Source: Vicugna vicugna (taxonomy: Eukaryota). Taken from it: 33,977 bases of DNA. Below the pieces are notes generated by a model, which was given only the letters and a program-made list of their open reading frames with translations, had not been told where the DNA came from and did not search any database. Within the stretch, counting starts at the first letter, position 1; every line of letters starts with the position of its first letter. Below, piece after piece: positions 10,419 to 21,721 of the stretch. The stretch spans positions 1 to 33,977 of the forward strand of contig MU058218.1 in NCBI GenBank assembly GCA_013265495.1. The letters are read 5' to 3'. The position numbers were made by a program, and so were the translations under genes.

Positions 10419-11532
10419 AAAACCTACAGCTTGGAAGATTTAAAGAGATGCTTTTGCTGAGAATTCTCATTTCTTTCATGCAAAAATATTTTGATGAAGT
10501 CTTCTGTTACATTTCACCAGAATCATTGCATCTTCAAATTTAATATAGGGAGGTAAATGGACTTAGAGACTCAAGGGAGATTATTGTAGCTGCTAACCCA
10601 AGTTTGGGGCTAGAAAAGTGGAAAATTCAATAAAAATCATTGTCCACATGTCCCTGTGAGATAGGATTATATCAATTCCCATTTCCTAAGCCTAGAAACT
10701 TTTCAGAATAATGTGAAAAATAACAGTGGCTTGTTATAAACTAGAACTAGTAGTTTCCAAGATTAGGGAGCACTGTAAGAAAATAATGGGCTGGAGGAGC
10801 CCACATGGTGGTAATTGCTCCCTGCATGAAGATGCTTCCGAAATGATCACTTCTGACTGTTTGAGCTCATCTCCCTTCAACAGTGAAAGCATTGATAATT
10901 AAACTTAATTCCACATGGTCAATTTACTGGAAATAATGCCAGCCGAGTTTGCTCAAAGGCTGGCTTATCTTCCCAGTACCATTGGAACTGGAAAGCATCC
11001 CGGTCAGACACAGATGAAAATGTTAACTGGGTAATTAGAAGGCAAAAATCTGCTTCAGTCTGTCAGACACATTGAAATCTACCCAGGGTCACTTTAAAGA
11101 AGGGACCGACAGTCTGAAGAGTGGCTGTAGAAAGAGCAGTGTTAATTTCAGCAACTCACAAGGGCAGACTGCATCAGGCGTGTTCTTCTTTAAAAGGAAA
11201 CCGAATTCTTGCCCTTTCCTGCTTAGAGGTGCAGCCTTTCTGCCCCAGGAACTTTCAGCTCCGTGGGTCCTGTTCCGACTTGCCCAGCCACGGTATTTGG
11301 CTGTTTCCCTCAGCGATATTTGGAATCACGGTTCAAGTCCATAGGCAGCTGAATCTTGTCCAGATGCTGAAAGCTGTTACATATTTATAAGATTTGATCT
11401 TGATGAATAACTTACGAACAACACTTCCCTCCACTCCCACTCAGGAACAGGGGAAAAAATGCAGACCTGCAAGGCTAGCTGAAACACCATGAATAGAGCT
11501 TTTGTGAGCAAATTTGAAGTAGATTTTCATGC

Positions 11533-11558
11533 AGATCTGTAAGAAAGATCTGTAAGAA
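11533..11558 (+). repeat. Perfect 13-bp tandem duplication (agatctgtaagaa x2)
   Basis: Read directly from the sequence. Confidence 0.9.
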
Positions 11559-14500
11559 GGGAGTGAACAGGCTTCTGAGCTCTGATCTAGTTTTTTGACA
11601 GCTGATCTAGGGATTCAAGCCTGCTAATCTCCCCTCAGGCCATGCCTCTTTTGCCTGTATCTCTCCTCTCTGCTCTGGGTGCTCAGTGAGGGTTTGGCCA
11701 GTGGCTAGCATTTATTTAAAAGGTCCAGCACCCACCTCATCAGATCTTTCAAATATTTGTTGAACACTTTCCAAATTGAAGCCCTTTGCAGTTTGCCAAA
11801 GCTATTAACATTTTTAAGCATGCAGTAAGTGTGAGAAAAGCAGTGTAAATTTTTAGAACTTTACATAAACTAAAACACAGGTGTGAGATAACATCTATGT
11901 AGACAAAACCAACTCCCCTCCCAAGAGTCTTTCTACAAAGGAACCAGGAGTAAAACGTTTAAAAGCTTCTAATTAAACACTGAAATAGATTTTCCACAGA
12001 ATAAACATATCACAGTGTTACCACATTCATCATAGAAGGACCACCCTCAGATTGCATTATAGTAATAGAATACCTTTGAACTGACTATCTTAAGAGAATG
12101 AACACGAACAAAGTAAAATGTGATCATAAATTTTTTTCAACGAGTATTATCCTTTTTAGTAAAACCTGCAATACTTCTGCATCTGAACAAGAAAATACAC
12201 ATTAGAAGCATAAGTCTTCATTGATGACAGGCTGCAAATCTTCCTTCTTCAGAAAGACAGGCTAATGCATGTACTGTCTTAGGGAACAGTTATGGAAAGG
12301 AAATAAAAGTTCTGAAGGCTAAGTTTTACTTTACAAATATTTTGCAGAAAGAAACTTCAAAATATTTTAGTTATTTTTAAATGTATGTGTTGGTACATGA
12401 TCCCTCTTTCTCTCTGTCTCTTTGCTGCCTAGACATTCTGCTCGTTTGGAGAATTTATGACACCAAGTTGTAGTCACATGACATAACTTTAATGAGGCTT
12501 AGATGAGTTTGAAGCCCTGAAAGCAGGAAACCAGAATTTCAAATGAGATATGCCAGACTGAAGATCCTTCCTTGCATTCTCAGCCCAGGGTGAACTGCAC
12601 TAATGTTTTTTCTGTTCCTTTATTTGCCTTGCCTTCCTTTGGTTCAGGGTTTTCATTCATACCTTACTCCTGCCTAAAAAAAGAAAAACACCATATTTTC
12701 TAAGCCAAGCTTAACTAGTACTTTAAAAAGGGCTTTTGACTTTTGTGTCAAACATGATAAATGAGTATAAGTGAGGTTGAAAGCATGTTTAAATTTTCAC
12801 ATTGTAGCAGGTACCCTAACTTCGTTCCCTTGGGAAATCCATCTAACCTTTTATTGTGGTTAAGTAAACATTTGAAAGGGAACATACACAGTCTCATTTT
12901 CTAGTTTCATGAAATAGTCTGCTTCAAACTCTTTGAGGTAGATGAATAGCTTTTGCAAGTTAAGAGCTTCATTCACAGCCTAAAGAAACATAAATCTTCA
13001 ATAAGCATTAAAAATGTTGGCAGCCAGCTTTGGTAGATGTGTGCCTGCTTTAGGCTTGCTCTCCCCTGGCCTCAGTACTAATTTCCAGAGAAAAGAGTTA
13101 AAGACGCTCATCTGCCGTTCGGCGGTGGAAGAGTAATGTGCACACAGACCGTTAGTTCAGCAGAATGAAATCAGGTAAAATGTGTGACATCATTTAACCT
13201 AATTATCTCATTAATTTTATTAGGGATAAGCTGGCCTTTTATGACACTCAAAAAGAATAAACTCATTTCCTCTTAAAAATTGAAAAGCTGTCCTTTCACA
13301 GGACCAGTTTTCAGATAAAAAGGAAATCTTTAGCTGTTCAGATAAAACAGTGATTTTTCTTTTGCAGTGGAGAAAATAATTTTTAGCTGAATAAGTTGTT
13401 GAAATGAGCCAATTGAATTAACATTTCTTTGGTGTTTCCCTCTACCTGACCAAGGTTTTAGTCAACCATATAGTAAACCGTATAGTTTATAGTCGCTTTT
13501 AATTTACAGTTGCACATGCATAATCTATTAACATATTTTTTGAAAATACTTATTATATTGGCTTCCTTTGACATTTTAGAAAAACTTGACCACATAATAC
13601 AAATATAACATAGCTAAGAAAATAAGCATTTGATTTTTAATTACCTTGTCATTTTAAAAGTATTTAAAAACATGTTGGCACAATTTTTAAAACTGGGTTA
13701 CAGAGTGATTATTATTATCTGAAGCTCTCTTTAGCCAGAACCTATTATTTGTAATGTTCCCAATATTAGTAAAAAGGTTTTTAGCCAGATTTATTTTATT
13801 TTAGATAGTGTTCCTAAATTTTAACAAAAGCTCTAGTTTGAGGAAAGAAGAGCTTTGATGAATTGTCTGTTATTCAGAACTTCAATTTTATCAGAATTGC
13901 TTTTCTTGAATGTTTCTAGGGGAAGAGGGCAAAGCTGTAAAGCAGAAATTAAAATTAAATTAGAGATGCTTATCCTAATAATTATCAACTACTTCATGTT
14001 ACATATAAGTTCATATTAAAAATGAAGTATTATTCAGTGTCATTTTGTAGTTAAAAAGAGTGGCTCTTTGAGAACTTACTGTAACAATCTAATGAAAGGT
14101 AATTCTGTTTGGTCTTCACAAATAGATACTCTTTTAAAGAATAAGGCACAACATAGTTAACCAACTTGCTAAAAGAATAACAATGGTTCTAAGTTAGATA
14201 TTCTTTCATCCCTTAGAAGAAGAGAAATCTGAAGGAGTCTAGTTACACTAAATTTCAAAGTCCCGTAAATTACTCAATACACCAATGCTTCTGCCCTTTG
14301 TAATGTATCCTGTTTTTCACTCCTGGTCCACTCAGCTGCCTTCAGAAATTCATTCCTTCTCATTTCTCTTCGCACTCTATGATTCTTATTGCCAGAAAGA
14401 TTGTAGAAATTTCTCTTAGCCAGTTTGGTAAGTCATTCTTCATGAATTGCGTGAGCTTTGTCATCCTTCAAAAACTGCACTAGCCTTTTCATCGAAGCGT

Positions 14501-14875
14501 TCGTCGCTGGACTTTCCGGGCTTCCTCCAGTGCTCCCCTTGCTCACTTTTCCACGAAGGTTACGCGTGTAGCCCTCCTTTTTCTCTCTGCAGTCTCCTGC
14601 CTGTAGCTCCGGACTCTGGGTGCTGTGTTCTTACCCCTGCACAGTGCCAACTCTTCACTGGCCCCTGAGTCGTAGGAAGCTTGCTTTACCACCGCGTAGA
14701 GGCCAGGCTTCCCGCAGCTTCACGCTCAGACCCGGTGAAGGTGATGAGGATGCTGCTGGGGTGGCTGTTCGTGAAATAGCTAGACTTCAGCACGAATGCG
14801 CACAGGGAGTCTGTGGAGGTTCACACGGCTCAGCGCGTGAACGCCTGTCTTGCTTGTCCCCCGTGTGCCCCGCAG

Positions 14876-15090
14876 CGGTGGATCTGAACCTCCTGAAGGA
14901 GGAGGCGAGGCTGTAGAGCTGCAAGCCTAGAAACTTCTTGGTGTCCGTCAGGGAGGAGCTGAAGAGGGCGGACACCATCTGGCCGGGCTGCCTGCTGGTC
15001 AAGCGCTGCGGCAGGAACTGCGCCTGCTGCCTGCAAACCTGCAGCGAGTGTCAGTGCGTCCCCAGCAAAGTCACCAAGAAGTACCATGAG
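14876..15090 (+). CDS. PDGFC: PDGFC exon 5 (growth-factor domain; pseudo-exon with premature stop)
   Basis: Acceptor ccccgcag|CG, donor GAG|gtaggc. 215 nt: (A)VDLNLLKEEARL*SCKPRNFLVSVREELKRADTI-WPGCLLVKRCGRNCACCLQTCSECQCVPSKVTKKYHE, versus recalled human VVDLNLLTEEVRLYSCTPRNFSVSIREELKRTDTIFWPGCLLVKRCGGNCACC... Confidence 0.96.
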
Positions 15091-15349
15091 GTAGGCGTGC
15101 CCTTCCTGCCGCGGCTCTGGGGAGCGAGGGGGTGTGTCCGAAACAGTAACAGAACAGTGTATCTGAACTGGGTTCTTGTTGCGAAGGAGATGCCTCGTTC
15201 GTGAAAACAAAACAAAAACAAGGCTTATAAAACAGTTCATGTTTTTATCTTATTTTTGCTTTTAATTAGGACCTTGAAATCAGAAACCTAGACAGCAAGG
15301 ATTAAGAAAACTTATCCTCTAAGAGTTCATCATGGATGATCAGTGGAGT

Positions 15350-15585
15350 TGTTGGGGTTTTTGGGGTTTTTTTTGTTTTTTACTTATTTTTAAGTGGTTT
15401 CAGGTCTTTATTTATTTATTGAAGTACAGTCCATTACAATGTGTCAATTTCTGGTGTACAGCACACTGTCCCATTCATGCATATATATGCATATATTTGT
15501 TTTCATATTCTTTTCCTTTAAAGGTTATTACAAGATATTGAATATAGTTCCCTATGCCATACAGAAGAAACCTGCTTTTTTTCTT
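15350..15585 (-). mobile_element. Short L1-3'-end-derived element in PDGFC intron 5
   Basis: Same family as 8370-8557 (gaagtacagtccattacaatgtgtcaatttctggtgtacagcac...ccctatgccatacagaagaaa). Confidence 0.8.
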
Positions 15586-17984
15586 CTCTGAGTTTTATCT
15601 CTTGTACAAAAAAGAAATAGGAAGGGATAATATTCTCAACAGAAACTTGAGGAGGTAAATGATCGTCTGTTTTGGAGAAAAGAGATCTTTGTCATTTATG
15701 TTTCCATTTGGAGCATTGTGGGCACATGAACCCTAAGAGACATACTCATAATTATAGGTCCTATTATTCACAATTTATATCATCCTGTTTTTCACGCTGC
15801 CCCCAATAATATGTTCACTCTTTCAAATATTCTTCATCCTTCTGTCTCTATTCTATGGAATTAAGGAAAATGTAAAACTAAATGTGAGTAGATATTGTTT
15901 CTCAGAGTCTTGGGAACCTTAGAATTTGTACATTCAGATTTTCATTGTCCCTAATGACACCCCGCCCTCTCTCCCCCAGCTTCACATAGCTTTCATCTGT
16001 CAGGAAGCAATCCCTCTTGATGGGCCAACTTTAATTTTTACAAAACGTTCTTGACAAACTAATTTTTACTACACCATGCCAACCAAAATCTGCCTTCTGA
16101 CATCACTTCAGTATGGCTTCATTAGCTATTTTTTTCCTACTAACTAAAAGAAGAATATAAATAAATATCTCCTTCATAAATTAAGTGACTTTTTCCCCCT
16201 GAGCATGCAGACATCAAAGAAACCCCATCTGTTGGGTGATCTGAACACACACGGGGTCAGAAATGCCCTTCACATTACTGTGTGGACAGTTGATTAAGTG
16301 GGAAATCAAACGCTTCAGGTTCCTGATCCCAGATCGACCATCACCTTGTTGGGAACAGATGCAGGACACTTAACCTTAGTCAAGCGAGGGTGAACTGTGA
16401 GAGTCTCCCAGGTTTTCCCTAGAGGTGTTATTCTGTGACAGTTACTAGATGGTGAGATTTAGCAGAGGACGTCCAAAGCTGGCAGTCTCTGACTAAAAAC
16501 AGGGCTGCAGGCTGCCGTCACTCGTGTTCCACTTTCATTCCTGCAGCGCAAGCTTCTGAAAATCCCTGTGCCGGGTCAGCCCCCACGCCTGTTGCAGGAG
16601 CTCACTGGAGCTCCCGCTGGCTCTGCCCTGATAATGGCTTTGTTGCTGTGCTGTGAACTGGGAGTCTAGTCAGGAGAAGACCCTCCCTGCGGTAGTTTTA
16701 AGGCATGCTGAAGTAAAATGCCTTTAAGGGTAGGCAGATAGCAGAGCTGACTGGCGTGATACACAAGGATCTGTTGTGAGGGCTCCTTTCCCACCTGAAG
16801 TCATTCCATTTTGAGCTCTCTGAAGCAGGTACTTACTAAACGAAGTGTATTTGGGGACCTGATTTGAGCCAACAAGTCTTGAGTTTATGCACCACCTTTC
16901 TAAGAACTATAAAACCCAGAGTAGTCATACTAGCTTTTTGAAATAAGCTCATCAGTTGAGATCATACTTCTGGTGTCAGCAGACTCAGTCCTCAGATCAG
17001 GCATTTCCTCCTCCAGCCTAGACTTGTAAATTTCTTTGCAAATTACATTAGTTTTTGGGTTATCCAGAAAGTCACTGCAGAGCATGAGCAATCTGTTTTT
17101 AAAGTCTCAGATAAAATTCATGTGCAGGGAAAGACCATGGGCAATGTGTAGACTCGCTGGCCTTCTTCCAGAATGACAATAATTCACCTTTCTCCTGCCT
17201 TTGAGTGGGGTTGATCACACACATGTCATCTGTGTGTGCACATGTACGAGTCTGGATGTGTATTTAATCATATGAATGTGTAGCTCAAGTTTCCCACCAA
17301 TATCTCTAAACTACATGTTACCTTCTCCACGCTTCTCAGATATCTCCAGTAACAGTTGTGTCTTACTTTGTTCTATTGCTCTGTGGGAATTACACATTTT
17401 TCTGTGGTGGTCTTTTTATTAACCATCAAATTACCCTAGGAAAAAAAGGATTATTTGCTTGGTGGAAGTCATAATTTCCGAGGCCTAAATTTTTCTCAGT
17501 CTTAGATTTTGGAAGGCAGTTCCAAGTCTCCTAGTACTCCTAAGTAAATGGCAACTTTAAAAAAACATAACTTAAAATAGTTCTAAAATCATGAAGTCAT
17601 TGAATACCATTAATCGGGATCTAGAGATTTAACTCATTTAAAGTGAAGCACATCTTGGGCTCTGATTCTTTTTGATGATCATTCTCCCAATTTTCAGTTT
17701 AAAGATCATTCCACTTCATGGAGAAGGCACAAGCAATGACATGGCTTGGAAGGTGGAATTTCTCTCTCTCTCTCATCTCGCTCTGTTACACCAGGTTCCT
17801 GACACACTAAGATGAATCATAGTCACTGTGTCACCAGGGATGTGACTGAATTATTCCCTCTTTTGGTTTCCTTTGGCATTTTCATTGGGTTTTGTTCAAC
17901 CACTGTGAGCCCCCCAAAAATAAGTGTACAAACTTAAAAGTCTCATAAAATATAGCAAGGATATTACTGCTGTGATGTTTTCCT

Positions 17985-18045
17985 GCTGTGCACCGGAAAG
18001 TCACATGACATTGTAAATCAACTATACTTCAGTTTTTAAAAAGTT
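17985..18045 (+). mobile_element. Very short L1 3' tail fragment
   Basis: gctgtgcaccggaaagtcacatgacattgtaaatcaactatacttca. Confidence 0.6.
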
Positions 18046-18199
18046 AACTATGTCTCATAGTTTTACAAGATTTTGCACTTTATCCCTTTAGAAAGAAAGT
18101 TACTAAATAAATAGAGTATGACTAGTCATGTTCTGAGTCTTCATGAAGTTAGTATCTGTCACTCAAACTCGAATAATTCTTCTTTGGCAGAAATACAGA

Positions 18200-18345
18200 T
18201 GCTTGTGTTCCCTGAGCTGTTCACTCATGTGTAAAATAGGGGTAATAATTGTAAATTACTTCATGGAATTCCTGGGAGTCAAATCATGTAAAAACATTAT
18301 TATAGAGCCTGGCACCCAGTAAGCATTCAAAAAATGTTAGCTAAT
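18200..18345 (+). mobile_element. MIR 3' half
   Basis: ctcatgtgtaaaataggggtaataat ... agagcctggcacccagtaagcattcaaaaaatgttagcta, the characteristic MIR core and tail. Confidence 0.75.
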
Positions 18346-18449
18346 TAACCTTTAATATGACCACATCCTTCAAATGAGGGACCTGTTCTCTGTTCTTCTT
18401 TTTTAAATCTTCAAGTAGAATAGTCAGAAAATCTGACTTGCACTCTTTG

Positions 18450-18600
18450 GGGGTTTTTGTTTTTGTTTCTAGGGTCTTTGGGGGAGGTAATTAGGTTTGT
18501 TTATTTATTATTATCTTTTTAATGGAGGTGCTAGGGATTGAACCCAGGACCTCATGCATGCTAAGCACGTGCTCTACATCAGAACTACACCCTCCCCCCT
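18450..18600 (-). mobile_element. tRNA-derived SINE (camelid-type)
   Basis: ggggaggtaattaggtttgtttatttatt...gggattgaacccaggacctcatgcatgctaagcacgtgctctac...ccctccccc is the reverse complement of the SINE at 2451. Confidence 0.88.
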
Positions 18601-19605
18601 AAACTAGGCACCTTTTTGGATTAATGAATATTTCTAGGAATGGTATCTTTCAGAAGTGGCTCCAAGAAGTTATGTGTGTCAGACCCAGAGAGCAGAGAAG
18701 CTAGACAGTCTCATATCATTCTGCACTCTGGGCTTTGTCCATAATGCAAACACACATCATTTCTAGGCAATGCACATTGAGTAGTAGGTAGTTCTTATCA
18801 AATACGTCAGATAATCCACATCTCCGTCCTTTTGTCTCATCATTAAAGGGGAATGTTTTGTATCACTGTTAATTTTGCCATACTTTTTTGTTAAAAAAGA
18901 AATATCTCAGCTATTCAAAGTGCAAATAACTTCTTTAATTGAGGCATGCTTGGTATTAATGCCAAGCCATCTCCACCCGGTAGGACCCAGCTGCCGAGTG
19001 TTAGTTGTGATGGAGGCTGATGTCTGTGAAGTACATCTAATCCGTCTCATCGAGTTCATAGTGGACTTGGATGGTGGCCAAGAAAATTAATGAGCTGCCT
19101 AATTGAGCAGACTCAGCTGCGGAGGGGTCATGTTTCCTCCTACAGCAGCGCGGGAGTCGGTGCGTTGCTGCAAGGATGGGTATCTGTTCCAAGTGTGAAG
19201 AAATGAATGAGTGAAAGAAACCAACAAATGGGGAAATGAATTGTGTGAAGGGTGCGGCAGTGGTTCCAGACTCCCTAACCAGGGTGGCATTCTCCCTAGT
19301 GTGATCAGATGTGGAAAGTAAAGAGGGCTGGTGGGTCTTTGGACGAAAGGTCTGTTGGTGACTCCTAGCAGCCTCCTTCCAAATGATTGGTGTTACAGGG
19401 TCTTCTTTTTCAGGAAATGATGGCGAGCATTTATGAATTCCTTGAGGGGTGGGGGAACGTGTTCCCAATGCTCTAGGGAAAAATTAAGATGTGCTGAGTG
19501 GCTGCTGGGGCCCCGAGGTTCTGTGCCAGGAGATCGTCTTCATCCCTGGGATCAGTCGTCTCAGGTGTGGGTTGACTTTAAGGTGGTGGCCTTGTTCCCT
19601 TTCAG

Positions 19606-19722
19606 GTCCTTCAGCTGAGACCAAAGACGGGTGTCTGGGGTTTGCACAAGTCCCTCACCGATGTGGCCCTGGAGCACCACGAGGATTGTGACTGCATGTG
19701 CCGAGGGAATGCGGGAGGATAA
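19606..19722 (+). CDS. PDGFC: PDGFC exon 6 coding part (C-terminus to TAA)
   Basis: Acceptor ttccctttcag|GTC. Encodes VLQLRPKTGVWGLHKSLTDVALEHHEDCDCMCRGNAGG*, with TAA at 19720-19722, matching the PDGF-C C-terminus. Not in the ORF track because it has no start codon. Confidence 0.96.
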   Translation, partial: VLQLRPKTGVWGLHKSLTDVALEHHEDCDCMCRGNAGG

Positions 19723-20591
19723 CGGCCCCACAGCCCCGCCAGCACGGACTGGGGCTGCCTCGGGGGACAGGGCCTGCACCGGCCTCCAGCCCCCCACCTG
19801 GTGCTTCTCCAGGGCCCTCCCATCTGCGGGGCCTACAGGCGATTCAAGGGAGGAGGCAGCCTGTGGTGTCAGAGCTCTGGCACCCGCTCTTTGCAGGGGA
19901 TGCTCGGATGCTGGGAGGAGTGGTCCAGGCGTGGAAAAGGGTGCAGGGCTGTCGGCCGCTGGCCAGTGGCCCATCCCCATGTGCTCCCTGGTCTCCAGGC
20001 GGCTGGTGTTCACGTCAGCCCAGGAGAAATGTGTGGCCCTGAGCACCTGATGCTGTCACCTCACTTAACTCTCCAATTCTGAGCTCTGGGCCTAAAACGA
20101 TGGAAATCTGGGATTTTCTTCTTCTATTCACATATATAAGCCAGAGTGTTCTATGTCCCGCCAGTGTGGGTTTTAAAAAGGAACTCTGTTGCCATGAATT
20201 AAGCTTCTGTCACCCTTATAAGAAAGACTAGAGTCTCCACATTTCTTATTACAGTTTCTACCACTTAGAAGCAGAGAACTACATTCATGGCCAGGAAGAG
20301 ACAGCTTTCAGAAGAGTGGCCTTATTTTCACTTTATAAGTCGGTTTATTTGTTTTGTTGTGTACATTTTTATATTCTCCTTTTGACATTATAACTGTTTG
20401 CTTTTCTAATCTTGTTAAATATATATATTTTTACCAAAGGCATTTAATATTCTTTTTTTTATGACAATCTAGATCAACTATTTTTAGCTTGGTAAATTTT
20501 TCTAAACAGAATTGTTATGGCCAGAGGGACAAAGATGATATAAAATATTGTTGCTCTGACAAAAAAAAAATACATGTATTTCATTCTTGTA

Positions 20592-20599
20592 TGGTGCTA
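20592..20599 (+). promoter_or_regulatory. miR-29 8mer seed site (TGGTGCTA) in the PDGFC 3'UTR
   Basis: Exact 8mer match within a conserved-looking UTR block. PDGFC is a known miR-29 target. A miR-9 7mer-m8 (ACCAAAG) lies at 20433-20439. Confidence 0.6.
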
Positions 20600-21114
20600 G
20601 AGCTTAGATTAATTTGCATTTTAAAATACTGGAGCAGGGAATGGATAGAATTTGGTAAGTTGCCAAGACTGTTTGAAAATAAATAAATTAGCCTGTCATT
20701 CACTGGGATCATTGGAGGCGCCAGTAAGAAGCAGCACATGGGAACAGGTGTCCAAATCCAGGCATTAATAATCCCTAACCCTTATTTTGGGAAACGTGAG
20801 CCTAGCTCAGAAGATCTTAAAGCACCTAGAAAAAAGAGACGTGACAGCTTCCTGACAGAGCAATTTGCTGTCCTGTAGGAACACGTGCTATTTATTGTGA
20901 CATTCTGGTTAGATTATCTTTAAACTCAGTTCCATACACTTGTATAAATACATGGATATTTTTATGTACAGAAGTATATCCTTTAACCAGTTTGCTTATT
21001 GTACTCACCGGCAACTGAGAGGAAAATCAGTTAAATACTTTGCTTGTAAAATGCTTAATATTGTTGCCTAGGTTATGCAGTGACTATTTGAATTAAAAAT
21101 GGATTGAATCACCA

Positions 21115-21120
21115 AATAAA
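21115..21120 (+). terminator. Polyadenylation signal AATAAA of PDGFC
   Basis: AATAAA followed about 30 nt later by GU-rich gtgtgtgtttg, at the end of the PDGFC-like UTR. A second AATAAA lies at 20678-20683. Confidence 0.75.
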
Positions 21121-21721
21121 AGAATGCAGCTATTCCGGGGAGAAACTGAGTGTGTGTTTGCAGAATCTGTCTCTTAAACTCCAAGAAAATAAAAGTGATA
21201 AAGTTTTGTGTTACCAAGATTTTTATTACACAAAATTATTTTTATTACACACACAAAAAATTATTATGCCAAAAAAATTATTGTAAGAAAAAACTTTATC
21301 AATTCAAAAAATAGGCAGAAAAGTGAGCCCTTTCACTAAAACTTTGCTGTCTCTTGGCTTCAGGGCTTTTGAGCAGTAGTTTTGATTTTCTCCATCATCT
21401 TGATGCTGACTTTTTGGTTAAATTAAATGGCAGCGACTTGGAGTTGTGTGTGATGAATGAAATGCTTGGTGATAGCTTGTATGGCAGTATGAGGCTGGGG
21501 GAGAACCCTGTCACCTTCCACTCATGTCTTCATTAACAAGGGCTGAGACTAGGTGGGGTGAGCGCAGGTCTGTCTTGAATATGAACCCACACGCTGTACC
21601 CAGGACACCTAAAGGTGGGTGCCACAGTTTCAGATGCAGATCACTAGACAGGCAGGTGGGTAGGCAGATGTCTTCAGCACCTGAGCCTTGCCTTTGACCT
21701 TGCCTGCCACTTCTCAGTTTT

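Larger units (their letters stand above)
10056..21147 (+). pseudogene. PDGFC: Unprocessed PDGFC pseudogene / disabled PDGFC copy (exons 4-6 plus 3'UTR; exons 1-3 not found in window)
   Basis: Three exons translate to the PDGF-C hinge and PDGF/VEGF cystine-knot domain in the correct order and phases, with introns of about 4.6 and 4.5 kb. Lesions: exon-4 donor TTAAGC at 10264, in-frame TAG at 14914-14916, and a missing Phe codon at 14979/14980. The 3' end is approximate. Confidence 0.88.
19723..21147 (+). other. PDGFC: PDGFC 3'UTR
   Basis: Follows the stop codon. GC-rich proximal part, then U/A-rich blocks (20340-20620, 20930-21145) resembling the recalled mammalian PDGFC 3'UTR, ending shortly after AATAAA. 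Cleavage site estimated. Confidence 0.75.

Noticed and set aside
14914..14919. Programmed read-through or selenocysteine at the exon-5 stop
   Set aside because: The codon is TAG followed by AGC. It is not UGA and not a known read-through context, and other disabling lesions co-occur.
14938..15204. 88-aa ORF containing most of the cystine knot, as a stand-alone CUB-less PDGF-C
   Set aside because: It starts at TTG, has no signal peptide, lacks the first knot cysteine and runs into the intron. It is only the remainder of exon 5 after the stop.
19561..20082. Overlapping 90-160 aa ORFs on both strands
   Set aside because: A by-product of GC-rich exon 6 and proximal UTR. The real frame is 19606-19722.
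21219..21290. Imperfect repeats of atttttattacacaaaa / aaaaattatt
   Set aside because: Low-complexity slippage repeat with no spacer structure or evident function.
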